This document shows, piece after piece, positions 20,432 through 34,800 of a stretch of 64,000 nucleotides of DNA; position 1 is the first letter of the stretch; every line of letters starts with the position of its first letter. The stretch comes from an uncultured Bacteroidales bacterium (GTDB taxonomy: Bacteria > Bacteroidota > Bacteroidia > Bacteroidales > VadinHA17), in assembly GCA_963831935.1 (NCBI GenBank), contig CAWHSH010000004.1, positions 461,571-525,570 of the forward strand. Direction: 5' to 3'. A program made the position numbers and the translations under genes. The notes beneath the pieces were generated by a model. The model saw only the letters and a list, made by a program, of their open reading frames with translations. It ran no database searches and was not told where the DNA came from.

Positions 20432-22262
20432 ATGAATGCAATGCCAATAGTGATAGCAACTATTGCAATTTTTGCAATTGCCTACCGGTCTGTATTTCAG
20501 CTTTGTGGCTGCAAAAGTAGCCGTCAGGAACGATCTTAACCAGACACCTGCTTACAGATTGTATGACGGACAGAATTATTACCCTATGAACAAGTGGGTA
20601 TTGTTTGGTCATCATTTTGCAGCAATAGCGGGAGCAGGCCCTCTTGTAGGCCCCGTTCTGGCAGCTCAGTTTGGTTTTATGCCGGGATTCCTGTGGATGC
20701 TCATAGGGGCTGTTGTTGCAGGAGCCGTTCATGATTTTGTGATTCTGACTGCATCTGTTCAGCACGACGGCAAATCGCTGGCCGCAATAGCAAAAGCCGA
20801 AATAAACAAAATAAGCGGTGCTACAACAACTTTCGCAATAATCCTGATTATTGTTGTTGCACTAGCCGGATTAGGACTTGTTGTTGTAAACGCCCTTGCC
20901 GAAAGCTCATGGGGTACTTTTACGATTGCTTCCACCATTCCCATTGCTGTTATTATGGGGATATGGATGTTCAAAATAAGGAAAGGCAAAACTCTTGAAG
21001 CAACGATCTTTGGAGTTATTATGCTAATAATTGCTGTCGCGGTTGGCAGGTATATACCAGGCTCCCGGTTTGCCGGCTGGTTTACCTTCAGTCATAAAAC
21101 CCTAACCCTGCTTATTGCTGCATACGGTTTTTTTGCGTCCGTTCTGCCGGTATGGCTCCTGCTTTCACCCCGCGATTATCTGAGCTCAATAATGAAAATA
21201 TCAGTTATAGCCTTGCTTGCAGTCGGTTTAATTATTGTCGCACCTGAAATTAAAATGCCTGCATTTACCGAATTCGGGAAGGGGGGAGGACCGATAATTC
21301 CCGGTAAGCTTTTCCCATATCTTTTTATAACAATTGCCTGTGGAGCAATCTCGGGCTTTCATGCACTTGTAAGTTCCGGAACGACTCCAAAGATGATTAT
21401 GAAAGAGGCTGATATAAAGACTATTGCAGTTGGATCAATGCTTACTGAGGGTGCAATAAGCATTATGGCACTGATTGCTGCAACAAGTCTTTTGCCGCTC
21501 GATTATTTCACGATAAATGTTCCTGTTGACAAGCTTCAGGCAATCCTTCCGAAGCTTCATGAAATGGGCTTTACAGGATCAAATATCGACCAGCTGTCTG
21601 CGAGTGTTGGAGAAAAAATTGCAGGCCGCACCGGCGGGGCTGTATCGCTTGGCGTTGGCATGGCTTACATCTTTTCGTCAATACCCGGAATGACTCATCT
21701 GATGTCGTACTGGTACCATTTTGCGATAATGTTCGAGGCCCTCTTTATCCTTACAACAATTGATGCAGGGACACGTATCGGAAGGTTTCTTTTGCAGGAG
21801 ACACTGGGCAAAGTATATAAGCCGTTTCAAAGAACCAACTGGCTTCCGGGAAATCTTATTACAAGCGGATTGATAGTCTTTGCCTGGGCGTATTTCATTT
21901 ATACAGGGACAGTTGCGACTATCTGGCCTATGTTCGGAACGGCAAACCAGCTCCTTGCAACTATAGCTCTTGCGATCGGGACTTCATTTATTATTAACAG
22001 GGGAAGAGTAAAATATGCCTGGGTTACAATAATTCCGATGACCTTCGTTGGAGTAACTACCCTGACCGCAGCGTTTCTTAATATTAAGAATATTTATATA
22101 CCGCAGGTTCAGGTTCCTGCCACATTGGTTCCGGGTATTATTAACCTTGTTCTGACAGTGTCGATTATAATATGTGTTATAGTAATCCTCGTTAATGCTA
22201 TTCCGCAGTGGATTAAAGCGATCAACTTTAAACTTTTCAGATCTTATTCAATCCCTGAATAA
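20432..22262 (+). pseudogene. cstA: Carbon starvation protein CstA (peptide/pyruvate transporter family), N-terminal frameshift
   Basis: ORF 20463..22262 carries [27 protein letters not shown]. The expected first TM ([19 protein letters not shown]) starts at 20432 in another phase. Confidence 0.8.
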
Positions 22263-23280
22263 TATTTCATGAACTGAACCCTTTCGAATACTGCAGGATT
22301 TTCAAAGTTTGACCTGCTCAACCTGCCCCTGAAGGCATCGATGCTTTCAAATTTATTTGCAGTCATCCATTCTTCGGTTCCTTTAAGTATCTCTGGAATA
22401 ACATCAAATCCTTCCCTGTAGAGGGCAGAGGCAATCTGCACAGTATTCGCCCCCGCCAGCAGCTGTTTGATAAATGCTTTATGATCATGCACTCCTGTTG
22501 TTGCAGACAAATCGCATTTAACCTGCCCTGAAAGAATTGAAATCCAACGCAAAGTATGATTATATTCTTCTGCGGAGCTGAGAACCGGGCCATGACCAAC
22601 CTCAAGCTTTTCAATATCAAAATCGATATTGTAAGGCCTGTTGAAAAGAACGAGTCCGGCTATTCCGCTTTCTGACAATCTGATTACGGATTGGGCAAGG
22701 GATGAAAAATAGTAGCCGATCTTGACAGATATCGGGATGTCAACATAGTTTCTTACTTCCTTGATTATGTCAAAATAGGCTTTTTCATTTTCCTCACCTG
22801 TCCGGTGCCAGTCGGATGGTAAAATGAATATGTTCAACTCAATTGCATCCACTCCGGTAGTTTGAATTTTTTTTGCAAATGAATGCCAGTCATTGTTGGA
22901 TACGCAATTTACGCTTGCGATCACAGGTATTTCAATTGATCTTTTTGCCTCCCTGAGAAAATCAAGATATTTTTCGAGAGTGTTTCTTTTAGCAAAATCA
23001 TAAATATAGGCATAAGCTTCCTCCTGATCATGGATTCTCCTGGAGAATAGCTTATCGGACGATTGGGTAAGGGTCTTGATATTACCATCTTCGGTCCTGA
23101 TAACTCTCTCGGTATCCACATTGATATGTTCTTCAAAAAGAGATTTAATTACCACTGCACCGATCCCCCTTGAATCTAAAGTCTTCAAATGCTGGTATCG
23201 AATTGGTTAGTCCGCAGCTGCCCTGCGATAAGCGGATTCCTTAGCTTTATTCCGAGATAGTTAGTCTGAAGGTTTTTCAT
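22244..23280 (-). pseudogene. Dihydroorotate dehydrogenase-like TIM-barrel protein, N-terminal frameshift
   Basis: ORF 22244..23188 begins mid-domain. The upstream phase encodes MKNLQTNYLGIKLRNPLIAG from 23280. Confidence 0.6.
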
Positions 23281-23422
23281 ATTAATCAGGTATTTACAGT
23301 CACTTCTTTATTAACCGGTAAAAATTAATTCGATAATATAAAACATTTTATGGATATATTGCAGAACAAAATTTTATTTTCTTATATTAAAAAAGATTTC
23401 TGTTTTAAGGAATCCTGAAATT

Positions 23423-25373
23423 ATGCGTAAGAAATTTTAAAATCAGCATTTTAATCTTTGCTAGTCACGTTACTTGACTGTGTCCCGTGTTATGGTCAGC
23501 AGGGAACAGAGATATCAGTTTTTCGGACAAACCAGGCGCAGATGTTCAGCCGACAATGTGGGGTGTTTTCTTTGAGGATATAAATTTTGCGGCTGATGGC
23601 GGCATTTATGCTGAACTCGTGAAGAACAGGTCATTTGAATTTGCTTTGCCTATGACTGGATGGAGGTTGCCATCCGGGCAAAATGGCAACGGACGTATGG
23701 TAGCCAGCTTTTATTCGCCTGCAAGACCATCCAATCCGCACTTCATGAGAGTTTATATCGACCCTGCTGTAGGTACCTTCACCCTCACGAATGAAGGTTT
23801 CCGGGGAATGGGAATAAAAAAGGATGGAAAATATAACTTTTCGGTTTCAGCCAGGCTGACCGGGGACTCCGATATAAAAATAACTGCAGAGCTTTTTTCG
23901 CCACAAGGCGAACCAGCGGGCAAAGCCGAGCTTTCAGGATTCTCAGGAGTATGGAACACTTACCAGGTCTCAATTGTTGCATCACAAACCGAACCGAAAG
24001 CACAGCTGAAGCTGACTCTATACAGGAAAAGGCAGTATCGATCTTGATATGATATCCCTGTTTCCAGATGATACCTGGAAAGGCCGTAAAAATGGCTTAC
24101 GCAAGGATATAGTTGAGATGATTCGCGGATCTTAAGCCTGGTTTTCTGCGTTTCCCGGGCGGTTGCATTGTGGAGGGAAGGGATCTGACAAACCGGTATC
24201 AATGGAAAACCACTGTCGGCCCGGTTGAAGACAGAAAGATGATAATAAACCGATGGAACAATGAAATGCAGAACCGCCAGGCTCCGGATTATTTTCAATC
24301 GTTCGGTCTTGGATTCTTTGAATATTTTCTGCTGGCTGAAGATATTGGGAGCCGAAGCCGCTTCCGATACTTAACTGCGGTATGTCGTGCCAGTTCAATG
24401 CAGCTGAAGTTGTTCCCCTCAATGAACTGGATCCATACGTTCAGGATGCCCTCGACCTGATAGAATTTGCAAACGGAGAAATAACTTCAAAATGGGGCAG
24501 GCTGAGAGCATGAAATGGGACATCCCGGGAGGTTTAATCTTAAATTCATCGGAATAGGTAATGAACAATGGGATGAACAATATATCGAAAGATATAAAGT
24601 ATTTGAAAAAGTTCTTAAATCACAACATCCTGAGATAAAAATAGTTTCGGGATCAGGACCTTCAGCTTCGGGAAGATACTTTGATTACGCATGGAGCGAA
24701 CTTAAAAAGCTGAGCCCCGACCTTATCGATGAACATTATTATATGTCGCCTGAATGGTTCCTGAAGAATGCAACACGATATGACAATTATGACAGGAACG
24801 GCATTAAAGTGTTTGCCGGAGAATATGCTGCTCACTGGAAAGGAAACAACCGAACCGGAATCAAGGAATACATGGATCAGCGCTCTTTGCGAAGCTGCTT
24901 TCATGACTGGCCTTGAACGCAATTGCGATGTCGTTTATATGGCATCGTATGCCCCTCTTCTGGCACATGTCGATGCCTGGCAATGGCGTCCCGACCTGAT
25001 CTGGTTTGATAATCTTTCAACAATCGGGACTCCTAATTATTATGTTCAGAAGCTGTTCTCAAATTACAGGGGAACGAAAGTTGTGCCTGTATTAACTGAA
25101 GGTAAGCCTCTGACCGGTCAGGACAGCCTTTACGCAAGCGGTACTGTCGACCCGAAAGCAGGGAAACTGTATGTAAAAGTTGTCAACTCTTCCGGCAAGA
25201 GGAAACCGGTTATCCTGTCCCTCGGTTTACTTTCATATGGCAGGGAGGCTGTGAAAGAGACCCTTAAATCAGATAATCCGCTTGCTTTCAACACTACTTT
25301 CAAATCCGGAAGTTATCTATCCGGTATCATCTCCTGTCAGAATAACCGGAAGAAAGATAAATACGGAACTTGA
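23423..25373 (+). pseudogene. GH51-type alpha-L-arabinofuranosidase, at least 4 frameshifts
   Basis: Motifs FFEDINFAADGGIYAELVKNRSFEF, FLRFPGGCIVEG and FIGIGNEQW spread over fragments 23487..24047, 24170..24460, 24515..24916 and 24768..25373. Confidence 0.75.
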
Positions 25374-25418
25374 TCCCGCTTCAGTTAATATATTTATAAT
25401 TGATTTTAAATCCAGATA

Positions 25419-26033
25419 ATGGAACTATTTCATACTCTGCTGGATTGGTACATGACCAATCTGAATTATTTCACGGTTGCCCTGCTGATGGCAATTGAAA
25501 GTACTTTTTTGCCATTACCTTCAGAAGTAGTAATCCCATTTGCTGCTTACAAAGCAGCCCAGGGTGACCTGAACATTTTCTTAATTATTCTTTTCGGAAC
25601 ATTGGGAGCTCTTTCCGGATCATTGATTAATTATACCCTTGCCTATTACCTCGGGCGCCCAATTGTTTACAAATTTGCTGAATCCAGGATTGGAAGGGTT
25701 TTTCTTCTTTCGAGAGAAAAAGTTGAACATGCCGAAAATTATTTCATCAGGAACGGCAAAGCATCGACATTCATCGGACGCCTTGTACCCGGAATAAGAC
25801 ATCTTATATCAATACCCGCCGGACTGGCAAAAATGCGTCTCCGCGATTTCATTCTTTATACATTTGCCGGAGCAGGAATCTGGAATGTCATCCTGGCAGT
25901 GATAGGTTTTTACCTGTATGAAATCAGAGACAGGATCTTTCCCTACATGGATGATGTATTATATGTGCTTGGTGCAGGATTTATAATTTATCTTATCGTT
26001 AAAGGGATAATAAGAAAAAAAAGGAAAAAATAA
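25419..26033 (+). CDS. DedA family membrane protein
   Basis: 204 aa. SNARE-associated/DedA motifs (ESTFLPLPSEVVIPFAAY, GRLVPGIRHLISIPAG). Confidence 0.85.
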   Translation: MELFHTLLDWYMTNLNYFTVALLMAIESTFLPLPSEVVIPFAAYKAAQGDLNIFLIILFGTLGALSGSLINYTLAYYLGRPIVYKFAESRIGRVFLLSREKVEHAENYFIRNGKASTFIGRLVPGIRHLISIPAGLAKMRLRDFILYTFAGAGIWNVILAVIGFYLYEIRDRIFPYMDDVLYVLGAGFIIYLIVKGIIRKKRKK

Positions 26034-26044
26034 TAAAACAAAAG

Positions 26045-26160
26045 AACTTACACTGAGTTCCACAGAGAAGGCACAGAGGGACACAGAGGAAATTCAATTT
26101 AGGAGGGGCTGGGAGGGGGTTAGAAACATCCGCCTCTCCCCCTTTAAAGGGGGAAATTTG
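26045..26160. repeat. Composite repeat: 4x CACAGAG array followed by a family B G/C palindrome
   Basis: The strings cttacactgagttccacagag..cacagagg..cacagagg, then ggaggggctgggaggggg..catccgcctctccccctttaaaggggg. Confidence 0.7.
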
Positions 26161-26232
26161 ATATCGGCACGGATTACAGAATCCACGTCACCGATAGTAT
26201 TGAATCTGCTTAATTTGTGGGAGACTCTTAAA

Positions 26233-28066
26233 TTACTTCAGCCATTTATCCAGAATAGCAGTCTGTTCCGGAGTTGGATCCGGAAGCGGCTTAATTTCAA
26301 AGCTTCTGGTTGTTTTTTTACCAAGAGTGACTTCAACCCTGTTTATGATATCCCGGTGGGTAACAGTAACTGTGATACGATCGCCGGTATTTTAAGGTAT
26401 TCAGCGTGCTGTTCAGCAGATCGTTCGAGGCTTTTTCACCATTAATTTCCCTGATCACATCCTGTGGGCTTAAACCGGCATTATAGGCAGGTGAGTTCCA
26501 CTCAACCCTGGTTATTAACAGATTGCCGGCGTCTTCCCGGGTGGTTGCACCAAGCCAGGCACCAGGAACGTCTTTCGGAACTGTGTCGATACTTAAACCT
26601 GCGTACCGGAGATATTTCGGATAATCGATATTCCGGACCGTAGGTATGTAGAGCTTCAAATATTTCATCAAGGGATGATCCAGCCGCTTTTTCACATACG
26701 TCCCTGAATTCCTTATCAGTGAACCCTCTTTTTTTCTCCTTATAGTAAACCTTGTAAAGGGTTTGCATCACATCATCGAGAGATTTTTTATTACCCGATT
26801 CATACCGGATCCTGAGATCAAGGAGCATTCCGAGTGCACATCCTTTGTCGTAATAGGAGATTGTCGTATTTGACGCATTTTCTGACCTGTTGAAAAAAAG
26901 CATCCAGGAATCAAAGCTCGACGATGCTGCCGACTGAAAAAGATGTCCGGGAATATTCTCGTAATTGGAAATGGTTGTTTTCATTTCTCTGAAAACATCA
27001 TCCCTGCTGAAAAATCCGGCGCGGTTGAGTATAAGGTTTTCATAGTAGGAAGTCACTCCCTCGGAGAACCAGAGCATATCGGTATAATTTTCCTTGTCGT
27101 AGTCAAACGGACCCAAAGCAACGGGTCTGATTGTCTTTACATTATAAAGATGAAAGAATTCATGAGCAATAAAACTCAACCAACCGTCAGATACTTCGGA
27201 TGATTCGAAATCGAGACGATTTGAAAAGACTGCCATTGAATTTGTATGTTCCAGCCCGCCCATGCCCCTGTTCATCTGGAGGAAAGTATAATGCCTGTAA
27301 GGGATGTCGCCGATGAGAGAAGTGGCAGACCTCGACAATTTTCCTGTAATATTCAATCAGTTTTGATCTGTCAATTTTCCCAAGGTTTTCAGCAGCAATG
27401 GTATAGGGGATGCCGCCTGTTTCGAATTTCAGTATTTCCTGATTACCTGCAAGGATCGGGCAGTCATATAGAACATCGAAATCGGAAGCATAAAAGGTAT
27501 TCTTTTTCCCTGGCACAGGTTCCAGGCCGGTCGATACCTCGGAAAATTTCTCATAAGGTATAATCGTTACAACTACCGGATGATCTTTATGGCCTGCCGG
27601 GTACATAAAAATACCTGTTGGTGAAATAAATCCCCTGCCGTCATCCAGAAAGGAATCCGCGACAGATGTCCTGAAAGCAAAAACTTCATAACTTACCCTT
27701 ATAACCTCCTTGCCATCCGTATTAATCTTCCATTTGTTTTTTTCTGTTTTTTCCCAGACGAGATTGTTCCCTGATCCATCAACAGCCTTGAATTCAATTA
27801 AATACTTAGGGTAGTCCATTATCATATAATATCCCGGGAGTCCAGACCGGCATCTTCAGCTCTAGCGATTTTTCCTTCAGGCCGGAATAGGTCATCGAAA
27901 CGTGGAAATAATGGTTATTGGGATTTTCCATTGAAACGAGGTATTCTATATTGCTGGCAAAAGCTTTAGTATAGCTACCTGTATTGCAAAAGAGGATCAG
28001 AGTTAAGGCAAGTGATGAAAAAGCAAATCGGCAGTTAAAAAGTCGGAAAGTTGGTCTCCTTTTCAT
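26233..28066 (-). pseudogene. M61-family glycyl aminopeptidase with C-terminal PDZ domain, about 4 frameshifts
   Basis: HEFFHLYNVK zinc motif. Fragments 27806..28066 (signal peptide), 27187..27825, 26502..27356 and 26333..26695, plus a tail to 26233. Confidence 0.75.
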
Positions 28067-28333
28067 ATGCTGAAATTTAAAAGCATTATTAAAATACCTG
28101 ATTCAAGACATGTAAAAAAATCTGGTTCAAAAAAACTTCAGGGTTAAGAATTGAAAACCTGAATAAGTAAAAATAAGATAAAATACTTTTCAATTAAGAA
28201 TCGGTTTTCATAAATTTCCGATCTATTTTTGAATAAAGTTTGATATTAAGTAGTTTGCAGTGACACTTATTCAGGGACAGGTATCTTTATAAGTCTAGTT
28301 CACTTGATAACATTTATTTAATAAATCCTGCTA

Positions 28334-30804
28334 ATGTCAAAAGTTAAGTTTATTAATTTACTGGTATTGCTCATCTTAGTAGTTGGATGCAGCAAAAAAC
28401 CTGATGACCGGGAATGGAATATTAACGATCAGGAATATCTGGAAACTCGAGGGTTTCAACGTTCTGGTTTTTCACGATTATTACCCTGAAGGGGATCAGG
28501 GAGGAATCGAGTTCATTCATCACGGTGAACGAACCGCTGCCAATGGTTTTATAAATGTCGATTTACCGGGGGGAGGCTTCCCAAGACCTGTAACGGCAAC
28601 ACGTACTGTTGATAAAGGAAAAAAAGAAATCCGTGCCACGATAAACACTCCTGTATATAATTTCAATTATTCAATCAGGATATGGCCTGAAAAGAGTTCT
28701 GTTCACCTTGCAGTAGATCTCGAAAAGCCTATTCCTCCTGAATGGAAAAATAAGGTAACCTTCGACTTACAATTATTTCCGGTAACCTACCAGGGTAAAT
28801 CATACTACCTGGGTGATCGGTACGGATTAATCCCTGTAGAAGGTCTTGATCCGATGATTTCCGATTCACGGGGATCATTTAAACCGGAGCCATTAGCCCG
28901 GGGATCAAAACTGCTGATGGCTCCTGAAGATCCTTTATGTAAAATTCAGATTGAACAGGTAAATGGAAACATGTCCCTGATCGATGACCGGAATAATTCC
29001 CTGGGAGGCTGGTTAATCATCAGATCGGAAATTCCTGAGGCAACGACCCATGGAGCTCTGGAATGGGTGATCACACCCAATTTGCTTTCCGGATGGATTC
29101 GGAAGCCGGTTATCAGTCTGTCGCAGGTTGGATATCATCCTGACCAGGTAAAACAAGCTATTATTGAACTGGATGAACATTCCGATAATCCTGATAAAGC
29201 TATCCTGCATATATTGGAAAACGATGGAAACACCCGCGAAATAAAATCAGGTGTGCCCGGAAAATGGGGAAAATTTTTGAGGTACAAATATGCCATATTC
29301 GACTTTTCGGAGGTTAAAGAACCTGGTTTATATACACTTAGCTACGGCGACGTTGTGAGCCAACCATTCAGGATAGCTGGCGACGTTTACAAGAATGGCG
29401 TTTGGCAGCCCACGCTGGAAATTTATTTCCCTGTGCAGATGTGTCATATGCGGATCCGTGACCAGGTCACGAGTCTGGCACGGAGCATGCCACCTTGACG
29501 ATGCATTACAGGCTCCTGTTGCAACCCAGCATGTCGATGGATACCGGACTTATGCGGACTACCGAGACCGGGTTCAGGCCTTTTACACCAGTTCCCGGGC
29601 TTAACCGTGGTGGCTGGCATGATGCAGGTGACAATGATCTGGCGGCCGGTTCACAGGCACAAACCACTCTTTTCCTGGCACTGGCAGGAGAGGAATTTGG
29701 AATTAATGTCGATCAGACCACGGTAAGGCAGGATGCATTACTTCGTTGAACTCCGTAAACCTGATGGATTTCCCGATTTGTTACAGCAGATCGAACATGG
29801 AGTAATCAATTTGCTTTCAGGATATCGTGCCTCGGGCCATTCATTTGTAGGGATAATAGAAACGAAAGAAGGCCGCAAGTTTTTTGGGGGATGTAGCCTC
29901 TGTTACTGACCAACTATTTTACGATGCTTCCCTGAAGCCGGACGAGATCAAAGGTAATCGGTCAGGGAAAGCTGACGACAGATGGGTAGTTACGAATAAG
30001 GATACTTCTCTTGAATACGAAGTAATCACTGCATTGGTTGCTGCAAGCCGTCTGCTTCGGGGATATAATGAAGAATTGGCAGAAGAATGCCTTGCTACTG
30101 CTATAAAGGCATGGGAATATGAACAGAGTCACGATCCGGTTATTCAGCAGAATGCTTATGTACCAGGTCATCATGAATGGCAGGAAGTGCTTGCAACGAG
30201 TGAATTATTGATAACCACCCATGAGGGTCGATTTAAGGAGCGGCTCATTGAATTGTTACCGGTTATCAAAGAAGCTCCAAACGAAGTTGGCTGGTCAGTA
30301 GCACGTGCATTGAACTTAATTGACGATGAAGGATTCAAGAATCAGGTAAAGCAAGCTTTAGTGGCTTTCAGTTCTGACCTGGATAAAAGCCTCGCCGGGA
30401 ATCCATTTGGAGTTCCATGGAAACCCCGTATTTGGGGTATTGGATGGGATATCCAGGAATATGCAGTAGGGCAATATTACCTGAATCGTGCATTCCCGGA
30501 AATGTTCGGAAAGGAGAACATTTACCGGGTGGTAAATTATGTACTTGGATGTCACCCGGGTTCGAGCACATCACTTGTATCTGCTGTAGGTGCACATTCT
30601 CTGATACCCGCCTATGGATTTAACATGCATTGGTGGTCCTATATTCCCGGAGGTATGGCCTCGGGTACAGCTCTCATCAGACCTGATTTGCCGGAATTGA
30701 AGGAACCATATCCTTACATATGGCAGCAGACGGAATATGTTATGCCAGGTGCGGCTTCATATATTTTCTGTGTCCTTGCCGCAAACCAATTGCTTAACGG
30801 ATAG
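28334..30804 (+). pseudogene. GH9-family glycoside hydrolase (endoglucanase-like) lipoprotein, about 3 frameshifts
   Basis: Lipoprotein signal LLILVVGCS from 28334. GGWHDAGDNDL motif in fragment 29495..29749. Other fragments: 28383..29498 and 29884..30804. Confidence 0.7.
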
Positions 30805-30875
30805 TTTTTAACAATCCATTTTAGAAAACATATGGAAATGGATTGTCTGAAATTGGAAAAAATAACTGATAGCAG

Positions 30876-31710
30876 CTAATTCTCCAGATGTCCGAATTTA
30901 CCGCTATTATAGTCGTCAAGGGCTTGTTTGATTTCATCCCGGGTATTCATCAAAAAAGGCCCGGAGGATGCAATCGGTTCATTTATAGGCTCTCCGCTAA
31001 GGACCAGTACAACGCTGTCGACAGCAGCTTCAACCTTAAAATTCTCTCCGTCATGCCTGAAAAGCACAAAATGATCGGCAGGAGCTTTCCCTGATTCATT
31101 TATATCTACTTCACCTTCAATAACCAGCAATCCGGTATTGTAAATTTTGCTGAAATTGAATTCAGCGGCTGCACCCTTTTTCAGTCGCACATTGAACAAA
31201 TTCATGGGAGTAAAAGTTGAGGCTGGTCCTTTTAGTCCCTTTGTATTCTCCGGCAATCAATTCGACGTAGCTCATTCCCGTCGTTCGAGAAAAACCCTTG
31301 TCATCTCCTTGTTTTCGATAGCCTGATATTTCGGGAGAAGTCATTTTGAATTTTCCGGGAAGATTAACCCAGATTTGAACTACCTGAAAGACACCGCCTT
31401 TTTTGCTGAATTCCATTTCATGATATTCCTTGTGAAGAATGCCGGATCCGGCAGTCATCCACTGAACATCACCCTCACCGATAACTCCGTTGTTCCCTGC
31501 GCTGTCGTGATGTGCGACCTTCCCATGATAGGCGATTGTTACTGTTTCAAAACCACGGTGAGGATGAGGGGCTACACCTTTTGGTTTTTCCGACGGGGGG
31601 ATTATCCATTTCGAATTATAGTCCATCAGGAAAAACGGGCTCATACCCTTTTCACCAATAATATTGTACGAAGGAAAGAAATTATGGACCTTAAAACCAT
31701 CCCCAACCAT
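30876..31710 (-). pseudogene. Pirin family protein, one frameshift
   Basis: Cupin motif HPHRGFETVTIAYHG. Fragments 31162..31710 and 30876..31256 lie in different phases. Confidence 0.8.
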
Positions 31711-31857
31711 GTGGGTCTCGGGAGGTGCCAGAACTGCTTCCAGCCGATTTTATATTGTTACCCATTTAAGTTTTTATTAGTATCAGAAAATAACAACGGG
31801 ACTGATAAAGTGTTTAACGATGCAAACTTTTGCATTTCCGGAATTTTCATCCTTGTT

Positions 31858-34800
31858 TCATTTTACGGAAAGACTTACGATCCTGACGGGACCGAGGAGT
31901 CCGGACACCAATAGTGGTGAATCAGCCCTGTAGAAAGCCTGTGTAGTATAAGTGTATTTTTTTGTGATCCCTGGTTGCTGATCACCGATCAGCCGGTTGA
32001 CCCAAAGATTTGTAACTTTTATTTCCAGCTTGTTTGCACCTGGTTTCAGAACTTCGGAAGTATTCACCCTGAATGGTTTTTTCCATACAATACCAAGCGA
32101 CTTGCCATTTACAAGTACTTCAGCAAGATTCTTAACTTCACCAAGGTCAAGCCAAAGTTCATTACCGGAGTTAAACCAGTTGTCAGGTGCTTCAATGTTC
32201 AGGGTATAGGTTCCGGTACCGGAAAAATATTTAACTCCCGGGATCAGGATTATTACTCCACGAATCAAGAGTATCGATTGTGATCATGGCAGGAGCTCCC
32301 CGGCCGGGCTGGAATGATAAATCCCATGGGCCGCTGATCGCTGAGACAAGCTTTTCAACAGGCCTTGGTACAACTCTTGAAGAAGTTCCGGCCTTTTTAC
32401 GGAATACTACAAATACTGCATCGTTTGGAACCAGATTCAGTTGGACCTTTGTTCGCCCATCCGAGATTTCGTATGAAGCCAGTTCGGTTTTTCCGGTCTC
32501 AGGATGCCAGATTTCCGCTTCTTTTCCTTCAATCCGGAATGAAGCTTCAACTTCCTCATTTCTGTCATTCCTGTTGTTCACCCAATATATATCGGCATCG
32601 GGCAACTGACGGTGCACATATAAAAGACTGGTTTTTTCGTCGGGTTTGGGATATTCAAAATCTGGGACAATCTTATTTTCATCAAGGACCTCTTCAACTG
32701 TTTTCCCTGAATAGATCTTTCCTTTACCGACAATGTTTACTTCGCTGCTTCCGGGCCAGAGTAAATCAGTGACTGAACTGAACTGAGACTGATCGTCACT
32801 CAGGCTTGGTGATTCAAAAGGCTTCGGTCCAAGGATCAAAGCACCTTGCTCTGCCAGACCACGGATCTTCAGCAATACCGGAAGGGGCATGTGCATGGCT
32901 GTTGGGATCAAGGACCAGCAGCCTGTACTTCATTCCGGAAGGTGTTACCAGCAATCCCTTATCGACTGAAAGGAGATTCAGGAGAGCATCGGAATTAACG
33001 AAATCATAATTATATCCTTCGGGTATATCGGGTAATTTGTCTCCGAATAAAGCAGTTATATTATTGTCCTCACCGTAATAGTATATGACGTCAGCAACAA
33101 ATTTTCCCTGCTGGAGCATAAATGAGCTTCTTGAAAGGTATGTTGTCCACGGCTTTGCAAACTCAGCCCAGGTCTCATGTCGTGTAAACCATTGTCCGAA
33201 CGGTCCAAGCCCAAGGCCAGGTATTTTGTCAGATACTGGCTGGTGCACGGAAGTATGAATCACAAAACGGTTCAGCCCGCTTGCCAGTTCCATATCGGCA
33301 GTTGGCTTAAGTCTTTCCGGAGCAAATGCCCAGGTATTTCCAATTGCAGTCATTGACTCTGCAGCCACAAGATTTTGACCGTAAAGATGAGCAACTGATG
33401 CTGATTCACGGACATCAGCCTTAAACCGTGTTGCCACTCCTGCTTTTTCATCACCTGCAAAACCTCCCGGAACCCATGTTGCGCTCATTGGAATATCAGC
33501 TTTTCTTTTCACTTCCATTCCGTCGCCGATAAATGCGCGGCCGCTTTCGTGCGATTCAGTATACCGTCCCATCTGCCGTTCATGGAGGATTGCCGTAAGC
33601 TGATCGTAATGATTCTCTGTGGTCAGATCAGATATGGTCTTCCTTAAATCCCACAGGAAACGGTCGCTTGCTTCGGAGCTTTCCACAATATGACCCGTAA
33701 TGACCGGAAGCCATTGATGCAGATCATAACCGCGACGTTTTGCAAATTCAGTCATCATGCTGTCGGTCCAGTTCTGAACTCCGGCCTCCCAGCTGTCGGT
33801 AATTACATACTGGAGTCCCCGTTTCCCCATAAGACCGCCGGTTGCAGATTTATATTGATCGAGATAATTATCAAAATATGCCTTTACATGATCTGCGTTA
33901 AGCTTATCTACCTCAAGCCCTGTGGCTTCAGGTGAGGCAGGCGAATTCTGGTGACCTGTGAGTGAATAACCAAACCGCTGTATAACCCAACGGCCGGCAG
34001 GTGGAGTCCATTCCAGTTTTCCGTCAGCGTTCATTTTTGAAGTCAGATCGATTACATCATTTTTAACGATTGCATCACCTGCCGGAACAGGAGATGTAGC
34101 CATATTGTACAATCCTTCAGCGGCAGTATATCCTGCTTTGTCCTCAAACCGGTTCACTCGTGCAACAGTATGAAGGACAAGTTCGGCAATATTGATCCCC
34201 GGCTTCGGAAGAGGCTGCCTTGGATCTGTTTATACCAAACATGGATGCAATTGCAGGATCCATATCCGGGGCAGGTGGCATTAAAAATGTAATTCTGAAA
34301 TATTTAGCTGTGACCGGGAGGAAGGTATATGTATTCTGTAAATTTCCCCCTGCCGGGATTTCGCATGCCGACCTGAAATCTTTCCCGTTGTCTGATACCT
34401 CAAGCGATCTGCTGACCCCTGGACCACTGAATCCGGGGATTCTCATGCCGCTTTCCCTTTTAACTATTGTAAGCGAATGAACGGTAACAGGTTCTTTGAA
34501 CTCAAACTGGATCCACGCCTTCTCATTTCTTTTTGCTGCAGGTAAAAAAGTGGAATTTGTGAGATCCCCGTCAACAAGAGAGGAAAGCTCGAATTTTCCG
34601 GAACTTGAAGAGATCCTGGGGTTCAAATCCAGGATCGAAATATCTTTATCGGGAAGCCGGAAAGCAACCACGGCTGCATCGGAATAAAATTCCGGGACCG
34701 GGCGTTGAGCAGATCCTCCTCCTGAGAAACCTTCTGACCTGGCTATATTCTGGAAAGCGCCGGTGGCTATGGGAGGCTTAGGTAATATGCCACTGAAGGT